NCBI GenBank assembly: GCA_951406725.2
Contig: OX597817.1
Location: forward strand, 46,004,001 to 46,068,000
Source of the DNA: Octopus vulgaris
Lineage: Eukaryota
Length of the DNA stretch: 64,000 nt
Direction: 5' to 3'
The notes beneath the pieces are model-generated. The model was not told the origin of the DNA. It did not search any database and saw nothing but the letters and a program-made list of their open reading frames with translations. Position numbers and translations under genes: made by a program. This document shows, piece after piece, positions 1 to 13,150 of the stretch (the stretch's first letter is position 1; each line of letters starts with the position of its first letter).

Positions 1-93
1 GTGGACATATTTATCTTCATGAAGAGGCATAAACAGACAGCAAACAAGGAAATAATGGGCACATGCAATCACAGACAAATACACACTCACTTT

Positions 94-97
<4 letters not shown>

Positions 98-174
<77 letters not shown>
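98..174. repeat. (CA)n microsatellite
   Basis: Pure CA dinucleotide run. Confidence 0.95.
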
Positions 175-179
<5 letters not shown>

Positions 180-329
180 CAAACAAAACGTATATCTGTT
201 TAAATTATTACCTCTTTAAGATTTTACCCGATGGTAGTGTATTGTATATAATGATTTAATCTGTAAGGACTGCATTAAATAAAATGCTACCTAATCAGTT
301 CTAGATTCTAAACACTATTTTGTGCTTAA

Positions 330-562
330 TTATATGTATGTGTATGTGTGTGTGTATGTATGCGTGTAAGCATACAGGTAGGTAGGTTGGTAGGTAGGTA
401 GGTAGGTAGGTACGTAGGTATGTAGGTAGGTAGGTATGTGGGTATTTAGGTAGGTAGGTAAGTAGGTTGGTATGTAGGTGGGTAGGTAAGTACGTAGGTA
501 GATAGGTAACTAGGTAGGCAGGTAGGAAGGTAGATAGATAAGTAGGTAGGCAGGTAGGAAGG

Positions 563-597
<35 letters not shown>

Positions 598-922
598 GTA
601 GGTAGATAGATAATTAGATAGATAGATAGATAGATAGACAGATGTATACACACATACATACATACATACATACATGCATGCATACATACATACATACATA
701 CATACATACATACATACATACATACATACATACATACATACATACATGCATGCATGCATACATACATGCATGCATACATACATACATACATACATACATA
801 CATGCATACATACATGCATGCATACATACATGCATACATACATACATACATACATACATACATACATACATACATACATACATACATACATACATACATA
901 CATACATACATGCATACATACA
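330..922. repeat. Compound tetranucleotide microsatellite (TAGG)n-(TAGA)n-(TACA)n
   Basis: Consecutive GGTA, GATA and CATA runs; these explain the MYVC/YIHT ORFs. Confidence 0.95.
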
Positions 923-2554
923 TAGATGAAGCCAGTCTGAGAACTGAAAGTATAAGAGTGGAAACAAAGGACAAAACCTCTTACAAATTTATGTTAGGCA
1001 TCAATGTTTCCCATTTGAAACTCATTATCAAGTGGAAAATTTATTACGAGTGTAGATGTTCATAGGACGGATGGGTTTCTTAATGGAAAGTTTAAGTATA
1101 TTCCCAACTATATCCTAATTAATCCTCTGCGTCCTAATATTTACCCTTGTGTTTTAGTCGGAGTCTGTTACATCTAGTCTGTGTTAATTTTTTACTGGTA
1201 TTCTTTTAAGAGCAAAATAATTGGTACGCTTATTTTATATATCTCATAACTGCATATAAAGATAAAGGCATCGTGTAACACGTATAGCTGTAAAGCCTTG
1301 CCGACATTTTTCACGCGGAAATTTGTTCAGTGTGACTTGGTTGCTGTCCTGCGTTAACCGGTTTATAAAAAAAATCACTCTTTAGGAAAAGCCAGTGAGT
1401 GTTAGCTCAATCGAAGTCTGGAGTTTCCAGAAGAAATACATCTCCACAAACGTCCATGGTAAGAGAGTTATTCTTCTTCTATTTCAATGCGTTACCTAGC
1501 ATGGTTTAAGTAGATACCTTTCAAAATAGTTTTATCGAAACCAAATGGGTGGAAGTCAAAATTTGCGTAGGTGGTATTTGAATTTATTACATAGAGACCC
1601 GGAACGGATACTGTAAAGCATTGTCGAAAATTTCTAAAAGTGCTGCCAGACATCTAACTCATCTAATTATATTAGACCGAATCAGCTTCATTATATTTTC
1701 CATTTTATTTGTAAAACTGATAGAAATGTGTTTGTATTGTACAGAATGTATTAAATCAGTCTATTTAATAACTTATTTAGAAAAACGATGAGATGTACTG
1801 GTTTTCTATTTACGAGTAGAATGGTATATTTAGTTACATTGGAGAGTATATGTATACGTATATATATATATATATACACTTATGTACATACGTATACGTA
1901 CACACAAAAATACATGCATTAGTATATACATATATATATATATATATATAGATACATATATACATATATATGTATATATTAATACACACACACACATATA
2001 TATATAGACAGAGAGAGAGGATATATATATATATAGAGTCATATATATATATATATATATTCATATATATTTATATATATGCATACATACACATATATAT
2101 CAATATATATATATATATATATATATACATACATATATGTGTGTGTGTGTGTGTGTATATATTTGAATAGGTATATATTTGCGCCTGGTGTGTGTGTGTG
2201 TACATGTGTATGCATTTATTTTATACGCATGGCTTCCTGTGGAATGAAATTAAAAAAATTTTTCAGGCGGTCAACTTAAAAATATTGTAGTGTGGCTATC
2301 CACTCAAATGTGACTTGTGGAAGGCACGGTAGTTATTTGCGTTGCGTATACACTATTGTATATATTTCAGATACCCGGAAGGATTTTACCCCTTAAACAC
2401 GAATTAACTAATCCGATTTTTGCTTTAGAAGACATCCTTGCTATTTGAATAGCTGGATGAGAATATCGACTTGGGTAGGCTATTTCCCTACCAAAAGATA
2501 CAAAGGCATATCCGACGTATTTTACAATCTATTTTCCCATGGCAAATATATATA

Positions 2555-2844
2555 TTTGTTTGTTCCTTCTCGAGCCACGCCTGACTCATAAGGGCCGGTT
2601 TCCCGGCGTATAGGTTCCCCACCTGGACAGGACGCCAGTACGTCGAAGGTGAGCTGCAAGAGGAAAGAATGAGAGAAAGTTGTGGCGAAAGATTCAGCAG
2701 AAGTTCGCCATTATCTTCTGCTGGAGTCGCGTGGAGCTTAGGTGTTTTCGCTCGTAAACACGCACATCGCCCGGTCTGAGATTCGAACCCGCGATCCCTC
2801 GACCGCGAGTCCACTGCTCTAACCACTAGGCCATGTGCCTCCAC
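2555..2844 (-). mobile_element. tRNA-derived SINE, family B
   Basis: Minus strand starts GTGGAGGCACATGGCCTAGTGGTTAGAGC (A box) ... GGTTCGAATC (B box); homologous to copies at 26490, 30060, 44213, 56721. Confidence 0.85.
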
Positions 2845-2863
2845 AAATATATATATATATATA

Positions 2864-3252
2864 TAAAATAAATTACTTTGCCACATACTGAAGGGGAGAG
2901 CAGAAATTCTTCGCTTGCATATTTTGAGTTTGCTGGCACTGTTAGTTTCGAGCAGATCTTCAGAAGCGATAAGAAGCCGAAAGGGTATGCTCCCACTTTC
3001 AGTGTTTTCAAATCCAAACCAAGGAGTTCTGAGCTGATGATAGAAATGTCGAGTTGACTAATCTAGAAACGTACGTTCTCAAATAACCTTTGCATTTGAT
3101 TTTTTAATGTCTTTACCCCCATACTTTCGTGAGTTGAATTGAGCAAACACTATATGAGAGAGATTTTCTTTAAGTATTAGAAATAGTTTTAAAAAAGTTT
3201 TTTTAGCTACTATTTCTAATGAGTTCAGTATGTGGCAAAGTAATTTATTTTA
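2864..3252 (+). mobile_element. Foldback non-autonomous element with 29-bp terminal inverted repeats and a central hammerhead
   Basis: TAAAATAAATTACTTTGCCACATACTGAA at 2864-2892 and its exact reverse complement at 3224-3252; looser internal complementarity. Confidence 0.75.
3030..3081 (+). ncRNA. Type I hammerhead ribozyme, intact core
   Basis: TGAG-CTGATGA-TAGA(aat GTC gagtt GAC taa)TCTA-GAAA-CGTACG-TT-CTCA: stem I TGAG/CTCA, stem II TAGA/TCTA, palindromic stem III, GUU cleavage triplet. Confidence 0.85.
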
Positions 3253-3364
3253 CTAAGCCCTTTTATATAATGTAATAATTTTAATTCGCCTTAAATGGTC
3301 CCTTTGCATACTGAATACTTGGTGAAATTGTTTAATAATTAATTAATTTTACCCTCAATTGTTG

Positions 3365-3462
<98 letters not shown>

Positions 3463-4818
3463 CGCATATATGTGTATACATACCCATATTCGATGCGCAA
3501 ATATGGCACAGCGAAAGTGGGCAACAGAAAGTGAAAGAAGGAGAGAGAGAATTACACATATGAATACAAAGAGACACATGGAAGTAGATGGAAATGCATA
3601 GAAAGAGAAACATTAAAGCTTCATGTATAACTAAGTTACTTGCGTGTCCTAAACTGAGCTGGAAACCGACAAAAATGAAAAAAAATAATGATAATAATAT
3701 TTCATTATAGTTGCGTCTTGCCATATGTTTCATAACTTACTGCCAGCAGTCACGATCTATACGAATATTAAATTTATTAAAGAGTTTCGCGGGCATAGAT
3801 TCCGATTAGATTTAGAACAAACAAAAATAAAAAAGCAAAATAATAAAATTGCGCATATAAGATCATACGATAAGATCATAGAATATATTGCTTGTGCTGT
3901 TGTTGTAATGGTTGTCAGATTGTATTGTTGTTCTTTTTACTGTTGCATAAAGTGATTTATGAATCAGATTATAAACCAAGCTACAGTGAATGTCTGGAAA
4001 ATTACTTTAAAATAAAGAACTATTGCAAGGAAATTGCACAAGACGAGATTTCTGCCAATAAATATCTGTAACAGTTAATGAACGTTAAATTTTACCTTGC
4101 TAAAAACAAATGTGTTCGAATAGACTCGATATAATCTGGTCAGGTATTTAAATATATTTAAAACTTGTATGTTGAATTAAATACTCCGTATTTATTAATC
4201 AGATACTTGTGTTATTTATGAACAAAACCCTAGAGGTTTCGGTAAATAAGGTTTGTTTTAGTTTTTTCTATCATTTCTTCAAACGATGTCTTTCAGTGTT
4301 GTCAGCATCACTGTCCGTGATCAACCTTTCAACTCGGTTGAATCTCTTATATAAAAGAAGAAATATTTAGAATAATGTTATGTCGCACGTTCGGATGCAT
4401 CTACTACCCAACTAGACTCTTCTACCGCTACACTCTGACCGCTCGGTTTCTTTATTAGCCGCAAGTGCCCAAACATTGAGGGGGACAAACAAGGACAGAC
4501 AGGACACCACTGAGGAGACAATACATAGAATGATTATGATAAGATTGTTACACAATAATGGTCATGAAGGGCTGCATGCGCCCCTCATCACATGCATTAC
4601 CATTAATCTTTTTAAACTGTCCATTTTTATCATATATTTAACTAACAATTAATTATCCTCTACCATTACAATTATTTGAACCGTTATATTTTTTCCTAAA
4701 AATGTTCTATTTTCCGATATTATTAAACATAACATAAAACACTTTTTCTTTTTTCCTTTTGCTTCCTCCTTTTTCTTTTTCTTTTCTTTTTTCCTATCGC
4801 TTTGACATACTTATTTTT

Positions 4819-5424
4819 TTAGTAATATTTCATTAGTGGTTCGATTTCTACTAATTCCACTACTGGAGGCAGTTCTTTGAATTCCACCGTTATTCCTGAT
4901 GGGTCGATATTATCTCCACACATTTCTTTCAGTCTTTTATAACTTTCCTCTTCAATTACTATCGCCTTCATGTCCTCTGCATATATGTATGCTGGTATCT
5001 TTACTCTTACTATTTGGTTGAACTTGAGCATTTTCTTCTCTGTTTCAATATTCTTCGGGTAGGTTACGTAATACCATACACCATTTCCTTTAATTTTCTT
5101 TCCCTTATTTTGGCTTTTCTGTTCTCTCTTTTCATCCTCCACCCTAAACTGCCTCTTTAATTCTTCTCCGGCCAGCTGAATTTCCGAATCCTTTTCACCG
5201 AAGCAATTGGTATTTTTACTTGTAGCTCCACATTCACCCTTTTGTCTTCCTTCCTGCTGACATCCTTCAGTATCTTTTCTCATATCTTCTCTCTTCTTTT
5301 TCTGTTTCTCTGGCGGAGAATCATTCCCTCCACTCCCCCTTCTCTTTTTTTTTACAACAGTCATATCATATCGTATGGGATCTATTGGTGGTTGAACATA
5401 CAAGGATATAATGATCCCATTCAC
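4819..5424 (-). CDS. Unknown 201-aa ORF, possibly ORF1-like protein of an internally deleted LINE
   Basis: Non-microsatellite open frame with a basic/charged N-half and a globular-looking C-half; the downstream region ends in a tail (4447-4501) homologous to the SINE family A 3' tail. Confidence 0.4.
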   Translation of the reverse strand: MNGIIISLYVQPPIDPIRYDMTVVKKKRRGSGGNDSPPEKQKKKREDMRKDTEGCQQEGRQKGECGATSKNTNCFGEKDSEIQLAGEELKRQFRVEDEKREQKSQNKGKKIKGNGVWYYVTYPKNIETEKKMLKFNQIVRVKIPAYIYAEDMKAIVIEEESYKRLKEMCGDNIDPSGITVEFKELPPVVELVEIEPLMKYY

Positions 5425-5944
5425 AGTGTAAGAGTTACATGTTTGTCACGTACAATATGCTTGCTTTCACAGAGTCCTCACCGTTTTTGCGACTACATCT
5501 ATATAAAAGATTGACAACGCTTGCAGGCAAATTTGGAAACATATACATGGTTGCTGCAAGAATTTGATGTGTGTTTGTCTGCAATTATACTATGATGTTC
5601 AAGATACTAGAAGTTATGAAGTTCAGTCAGAAGTTGTCATATTGGTTGCACCTCTTACGATAAAGAACTCGGGATTAATTACACGCAAAGACAGAAATAT
5701 TACCGAGTTTTGTGATAATAGGAGCTAGCTCGGGAGCACCGATATGCTTGCTATTATTGGTTTACCAATGAATGATAAGTGCCAACGTGTCACGCTTTTA
5801 TTGTTACCAGTAAAATTCTATGTGAATGCTTAATAAAAAAAAAGGAAAAATTAACGAACAATACCACATCTGTATTAGATATCTTGTACGCTGCCTACGA
5901 AAGAAGTCAATATTCATTATATAGAATAAAATATAAATACGCCT

Positions 5945-6180
5945 ATTTTAAAGCGTAGCCAGTCACATGGTTTCCCGGTTTCAATGACGTATGTGTTCCC
6001 CAGCTGGACGGGATCCCAGTCCATCGCAGCGTTACTCATTTTTGCCAGCTGAGTGTACTAGAGCAATGTGAAATGAAGTGTTTTGCTCAAGAATACAACG
6101 CGTTGCTCGGTTCAGGAATCGAAACCACAATTTTATGATCATGATGCTGACACCCTAACCACTAAGCCACGCGCCTCCAC
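5945..6180 (-). mobile_element. tRNA-derived SINE (family B-related)
   Basis: Minus head GTGGAGGCGCGTGGCTTAGTGGTTAGGG...GGTTTCGATTCC; tail CCAGCTGGACGGGATCCCAGTCCATCGCAGCGTTACTC shared with 13920-14030 and 26550-26595. Confidence 0.8.
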
Positions 6181-6294
6181 CAATATGCATTATATAATCT
6201 AAAGTATTTCTTTGACTTTCATCGAAAATCTGAAAAAACTGATAATGGTTAAACCTTATAAATAGAAATAGAAACAATGAAATAATCCGTTCTA

Positions 6295-6435
6295 CTTGAG
6301 GCACAAAGCCTGTAATGTGAGGGCAGGAGACTAGTCGATTAGATCGACTTCAGTGTTTTACAGGCACTTAATTTATCGACCTCGAAGGATGAAAGGCAAA
6401 GTCGACCTCGACGGAATTTGAACTCAGAAGGTAAC
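6295..6435 (-). mobile_element. SINE family A fragment
   Basis: GGATGAAAGGCAAAGTCGACCTCGACGGAATTTGAACTCAGAA core. Confidence 0.75.
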
Positions 6436-6581
6436 GAGACCAATAGAATGCGTATCAGACTTTGAAATGAAATACCCACAAGGGTCTATTATGTTTTCAA
6501 CTAAACCCTTCAAAGAGTTATTACAGCTTGGACGTAACCCAATGACTGTAACATATATACATATATAGGAAAAAATTCAAA

Positions 6582-6631
<50 letters not shown>

Positions 6632-6817
6632 TTGAAACTACCTTCATTCTGTGAATGAGTTATCGTTTGGGAGGAAGCGTTGTAAATGCTATTAAAATGC
6701 CTCGTTGTTAAGCACCAGAACGATTCTGGAACGTTCAAAATTTGCATTTGCTTTGAAGGTATTTTCATGATTCGATATTTCCAGGCATATTCGTATCTAT
6801 TCGAAGAGAGCACTGCA

Positions 6818-7662
<845 letters not shown>

Positions 7663-9422
7663 TGTAATGAAACTGAAATATCTAAAGAAAAACATTGTCT
7701 ACGAATTATCTACTTGATAGGAACTTGTTCATTGGCAGTCTGGCAAACTTGCAGCTTCCTAAAGTATTAATGAAATTATCTTTGTAGAAAATAGTATATT
7801 GGCAACATACGAGGTACAGAGGTTTCATAGAAGCCATACAGTTATAAACAAATCAACATCGACAAAACTGATATTGTCCAGCGGTGTGCTTTTCATTAAA
7901 TGAAAAACTATGCGCCAAGACTAATGGCAAATATGGTTGCACTCCGAAGCCAAGCAATTTCTCACATTATATACTGAGTTGTGGTGTTTTTTTTCTTGTA
8001 TTTTTACGTCACAAATATAAATTCACATCTGAATGCGCTGAAAGGCATGTGTGAAACTTTGTGCAATTTAGTTAAAAATATATTTATTGCATATTTATTA
8101 GACCAAGTACTGAATAAGCAATATTTGATTCGAACATTCAGAATTGAGACTCTAGGAAGGAATTTCAACCGTGTTTCGTGGTCTGGTACCACAACAGCTC
8201 CTTTATAGGATCTAGTTAGCTCAAGACATCATCAGAAGGAACCATTTCCGGCCTCGGCCCCTACTCCTCTACCGTTTTGACGTGACGGGGCCCCCCTTTC
8301 GGAGGTGTTTTCAGCTCTGGTGTTGGGTGCATGTCTTCTTTCTTCTTTCTTCTGTTCTCTGGCCTCTTCGATGTAGCGTCAACGAGTGTCAGCGGGCAAC
8401 TGACTGTCCTGTCAGAGGCAGTTTTTCTTGGTGATCTACTGCAACGACTGGCCGGCAGACCTTTTATGATGTTAATGTGTACACTTGATACAATCAGTTT
8501 TAATCGATATTTTAACATGAACTTCGTTCTTTACTCTATAACATTGAGCCATTATATCAACAACGACACTAACTATATATCCTTGCAGAGATATTGATGG
8601 AGAATGCTTTGCTTTAAGACGGATTATCTCTAGGCTAATTATCATGCGGTTTTAATATTTTAGTTGAGTTTAATATTCTTCTTTTTTCATTTCTATCCCA
8701 TAAAACGAAGTTCTTTCGGCTAAATATATTAAATATGTCTTCTCGTCTTTAATCTGTTTTAATTACTTCTGCTTGTTTAAACAGCAATATTTGAAGTAAT
8801 TTGCCCTCTTCGCTTTCAGCAAAATATTTAAAATATTAAGATGATGGGATTACTTTACTATTATAAAGGATTACAATATTTTGACACATATTTTCACTGA
8901 ATCACTTAAATTTTCTGCTATTTCAACAGAGTTTTTTTTTCTTCTTAATGTCACGTAATATTATCTCGCACGTGGTTTAGTTGACTTAAAGTGTTATTTA
9001 ATGAGTGATATATGGCCGTAAGGTGGGAAGCGAAATAAAATGCAAGAGAAAATAGTGAATTTCACTGAAAGTTCATTAACGCAAAGAAGTTTAAATAAAA
9101 TCGAATTAAGTGCTTCGGAGCACAAGTACGAAATTAATACAAATGATATTTTATAATCGTTTTTCTTGTTAACTTTGAGAACTTAACTGAAGGATATTTT
9201 GAAATTAACTATCTGTCCAATAAAATTTACTTGTTTATGACAGATATTTGTATTCAAAATAAACAAATGATAAGGGTAAGTTTAGGAAAATGATTTTTAT
9301 TTTTGTTTGTCGTCGCCGTCATCGTCGTCGTCTTTAATGCTAGCTTGCTGTCGCTCCTCAGCAGTTCTTACCAGTATGGGGTTATACGATCTAATCACAT
9401 TCGGATGAGTGGTGTCTCAGCC

Positions 9423-9860
9423 GGATCTTTTCGGTTTGAACGGCAGTTTTTTCTAGCGGTGTCATATGAAATTGTCACCCATAATTATGACCCTAGTATC
9501 GATCTATTGCATTTCAATCTGTTTTAGGGTTAGAGTTAGGGTTAACTAGGGTTAGTTAAAGTTAGGGTTAGGGGTGGAGGGAAGGGTATCTTTTTTTTCT
9601 TCACAAATGTAAATAAACCCAATCTGTTTCTTAAACGAGGGACATATTCATACGGCACTGAATTTTTTCACCTCAATAGACGTCATTGATTGGTTGACAT
9701 TGCAGAAATTGAAGAAATAAACAACAAATATCTTACAAACTCAATAAAGCCAAGAGAAAAAGATGTTTTATAAACACATTCTACGAGTATACGAAGTTTA
9801 AAAGTGTTTAGTTACGTGGAAATTATTTAAAAAAAACTACCGTTCAAACCGAAAAGATCC
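9423..9860 (+). mobile_element. MITE with GGATCTTTTCGGTTTGAACGG TIRs, 8-bp TSD and internal TTAGGG repeats
   Basis: TIRs at both ends; flanks TCTCAGCC / TCTCAGCT; homologues at 33402-33819 and 46861-47237. Confidence 0.88.
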
Positions 9861-10189
9861 TCTCAGCTTTTAGGAGCTACTATTATATTACTAATTTAAT
9901 ATCTGTAGAGGATATGTTCCACTCAAAACTCGAATTATTGTTGTGATATAGTGGTATGTGCCGCGATGTGACAGAAATCTAAGCCAGCCGAGTGCAAGCC
10001 CCATGGTTGGCAATTTAGAGGATAGGTGCTAGTTTTTATGGATCACCTCTTCCCAGAGGAAAAGATAGTTTGGTGTAGGACCGGCAGTTCCACCCAAGGA
10101 AAAAGCTTAGATACGGAAACCGATGACAATTCAAAACCAACAAAGGCTGGAAGAGGAACGAAGTTCCTAAGGGAAAATTACACGCTAAG

Positions 10190-10385
10190 TTCTGACCTGG
10201 GAGCCAGAGGATGGCGGGTGGGGCAGACGAAAGGATACCTTAAAATAGTGTGGTGGCGTGAGATATTGAAGTAGAGCTGAAAAAGTAAGGACCTAACTAG
10301 TGTGAAAGAGAAAGTAAAAAGCCGAGAATATTAGAGAAAAATCGCCGATGCCCTATCCTCGACAGAGAGCGAAAGAAGTGAATGA
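10190..10385 (+). mobile_element. Degenerate LINE (RTE-like) 3' end
   Basis: Frame-broken translation resembling the LTWxPEG..GRPKxTW..DRxxWR..AL C-terminus of RTE ORFs. Confidence 0.45.
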
Positions 10386-10854
10386 CAAACAAAGGCGGTA
10401 AGTTAGAATATCATGGATGATACATTGAATGTCATGGATGAGCGAGTTACGATTTGACGGTGGTTTTTTAACTGAACCAGTATTTCAGTGAACCTGGAGA
10501 CGATACGTACGTAAGGCTTCACTAAAAAAGGGTCATTTTCATAGCGATATTCTAAGTTTAAAATTCCAAGAGAATGGCAATCCCTTGCATTTGTCCGTGA
10601 GAGATTAGAGCTTCAGCTGACGTAATTATTTCTGAAGATACTAGGTATTTTTCAGTTTCTAAAGATCCTATATCATGCACTTCTCTATGGTGTAATTTCA
10701 TACTAGTCAATATGACGAATGGAGGTAAAAAGCATAAAATGAAATCGAAACTTTTAGAAAAAGTTGAAATTTAGCGTTGGGAATAGCGTTAGTGAAGATA
10801 CTGCACGCAGAGATGACACATTTACATGATAGTTGATGGTATAACTGGAAAAAA

Positions 10855-11220
10855 GGCGGTGAGCTGGCAGAATCGTTAGCGGGGAGTAATGCTTAACGGT
10901 ATTTCGTCTGCCTTTATGTTCTGAGTTCAAATTCCGCCGGGGTCGACTTTGCCTTTCATCCTTTCGGGGTCGAGTAAATAAGTACAAGTTACGCACTGGG
11001 GTCGATGTAATCGACTTAATCCGTGTCTCTGTCCCTGTTTGTCCCCTCTGTGTTTAGCCCCTTGTGGGTAGTAAAGAGATAGGTATTTCTTCTGCCACTA
11101 CGTTCTGAGTTCAAATTCCGCCGAGGTCGACTTTGCCTTTCATCCTTTCAGGGTCGATTAAATAAGTACCAGTTACGCACTTGGGTCTATATAATCGACT
11201 TAATCCGTTTATCTGTCCTT
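10855..11220 (+). mobile_element. SINE family A, head-to-tail dimer
   Basis: GGCGGTGAGCTGGCAGAATCG head, GAGTTCAAATTCC B box, CCTTTCGGGGTCG..TAAGTACCAG (Deu/Nin-like domain); the second unit restarts at GGTATTTC near 11082. Confidence 0.9.
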
Positions 11221-11390
11221 CTTCCCATTCTCCTCCTCCTTCTTCTTCTTCTTCTTCTTCTTCTTCTTCTTCTTTTTATTCTTCTTCTTCTTCTTCGTCG
11301 TCGTCGTTTTCTTCTTCTTTTTCTTCTTCTTCTTCTTCTTCTTCTTCTTCTTCTTCTTCTTCTTCTTCTTCTTCTTCTTCTTCTTCTTCC
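11221..11390. repeat. (TTC)n microsatellite
   Basis: TTC run. Confidence 0.95.
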
Positions 11391-11393
11391 TCC

Positions 11394-11645
11394 CTACCAA
11401 GAATTCATAACGACCTCGAACCCACAAGAGTAAACAACAGCGACAGAAACAGGCAGAAACAAGGAAAATGGCACTTGCATTTAAACACTATGCAAATATT
11501 CTTTTAAAAAAACTTTTCTTTTAATTTTTCTAAATTTAATTATTTAATTGTTACAGTTGAAAAAGTCTCAATTACTGAAACCGGTACTGAAATGTTTTTT
11601 TCTGAAATTTTTTTAGCATTTTCTGTTTTGACTTTTTTTTTCCAT
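11394..11645 (+). mobile_element. Short Penelope-like 3' remnant (family U) carrying a U3-A8 hammerhead
   Basis: Homologous to 21297-21455 (-), 21805-22050 (+) and 54670-54902 (+); residual peptide PRIHNDLEPTR..RNRQKQGKWHLHLNTM loosely resembles a GIY-YIG C-terminal helix; lies between (TTC)n and (TA)n. Confidence 0.65.
11554..11589 (+). ncRNA. Minimal type I hammerhead, U3-A8 core variant
   Basis: CAG-TTGAAAA-AGTC-TCAAT-TACT-GAAA-CCGG-TA-CTG. Confidence 0.65.
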
Positions 11646-11673
11646 ATATATCAACTCGTGTCTTCCTTTTCAT

Positions 11674-11736
<63 letters not shown>

Positions 11737-11779
11737 TATACATATATATATATATATATTCATATATATATATATATAT

Positions 11780-11817
<38 letters not shown>

Positions 11818-12169
11818 ACCTCGTTGATGGAAACTATTAATGTCCTTCATATGTTCGGTAATGCGCTGGCTATGAGAATGTCAAGTGACTTCCAATTTCT
11901 TTCTATGTCAGCTTTGTGTAATTGAAAGACATACTACGAGTGATTTTTCTATTTCTAGTTATAATCTTTTTGGCCTTTTTTTTCATGCTAATCTGATGTG
12001 GTCAATTTTTAAATGCCAAAATTCTAGACATTTAATTGCCACAAAGATACCAGACTATGATACATATTATGATACAGAATGTTAATGCTGTCTAAAAGTT
12101 TTCCTTATTTGTAATAAAAGTTTTTACAACATTCTCCCTTATAATCTCTAGAAAATTATATGATATAGA

Positions 12170-12370
12170 CGAACTTACTAGCTTCCTTAACTATGAAGCT
12201 GAACGCTATATCGTGAAGAAGAAGATTCAAAATCAAGTTAATGATGCATAGATCAGGTTTCTCAGGAGGGCCAAAAGCATCTCATGGCATAAACATACGA
12301 TCAAAGAGATCTAGGAACGCATTGCCCTTATTCACCGCTATTGTTGCTCAATGCAGCGTAAGCTTTAGTC
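12170..12370 (+). pseudogene. Degenerate LINE post-RT fragment
   Basis: SFLNYEAERYIVKKKIQNQVNDA*IRFLRRAKSISWHKH resembles LLYGxETW..LD....RMLRRxLxISWxxH. Confidence 0.5.
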
Positions 12371-12519
12371 GTACTGAACAGTAAACACTATCAAATGATA
12401 TTTTGGAGAATATTGCGCTGTAACAATGGAATAACACCACCGAACGATTAGCTGAGTCAAAAATCCCGTTTTCTATTTTTTATAGCGAAAATAAGACACG
12501 TTTTAAGCTCAAAACGAAT

Positions 12520-13150
12520 TATTAAATAAATAACACAGTTTTCGTTTAGTTCTTGCATCTTCTGGCATATTGTGGTTGTAGGCATGTCCATAATAATGAC
12601 CTATCTTTACTGGCGAAAATATTCTACCAGTTTCACTTTTACATCCTCTTTTTGCTGAACGTCTCTACATTTGAAGAGAATTTAACAGGTGCAAATCTGA
12701 AGGCAATAAATCGGCTGAATATGGAGGTAAGTCCCAGTAACTTCTCCCCATCTGCAAAGTGGCGTGTGGTGCGACATTGTCATGATGAGATATAATGCCC
12801 TTAGCAAGTGGTGGACGCTTCTGATGGATCGCTGCGTTTAATTTGTCCAGCTGGTCACTCTACAGTACACAACCGGATTGACGGTCCTGTCCATGGAAAC
12901 ACCCTTCCGTTTGCACCTAATTGAAAGCTTAACTCGCTTCGAGGGAAGTGTATAAATTGCTGTTTCATTCTCAGCGCTGCAACAAATCGTTGATGGAAGT
13001 TTGATGGCCGACGTTAACCTCATTCAGTTGACGTGCGACATCGAGTCTTTTGACATAATTAAATTTATGCAGATGGTTGTCTTGAACACTCGAATTCGAT
13101 ATATGTAGAGTATCTGCGACCGTCCTAGTGTCACAACGGTGGTTGCTGTA
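12520..13150 (-). pseudogene. Decayed mariner transposase
   Basis: TRTVADTLHISNSSVQDNHLHKFNYVKRLDV (HTH region), AIHQKRPPLAKGIISHHDNVAPH and PPYSADLLPSDLHL motifs across frameshifts. Confidence 0.8.

Noticed and set aside
301-1065. Long ORFs with MYVC/YIHT repeats (also the YIYI, poly-S, poly-K, poly-F and poly-I ORFs throughout)
   Set aside because: Translations of microsatellites that lack stop codons; no coding evidence
2425-2472. CATCC...GGATG hairpin with hammerhead-like flanks
   Set aside because: Both core segments are mismatched; too degenerate to call
10855-10940. tRNA genes at SINE heads
   Set aside because: A and B boxes are present but there is no full cloverleaf; these are SINE 5' regions
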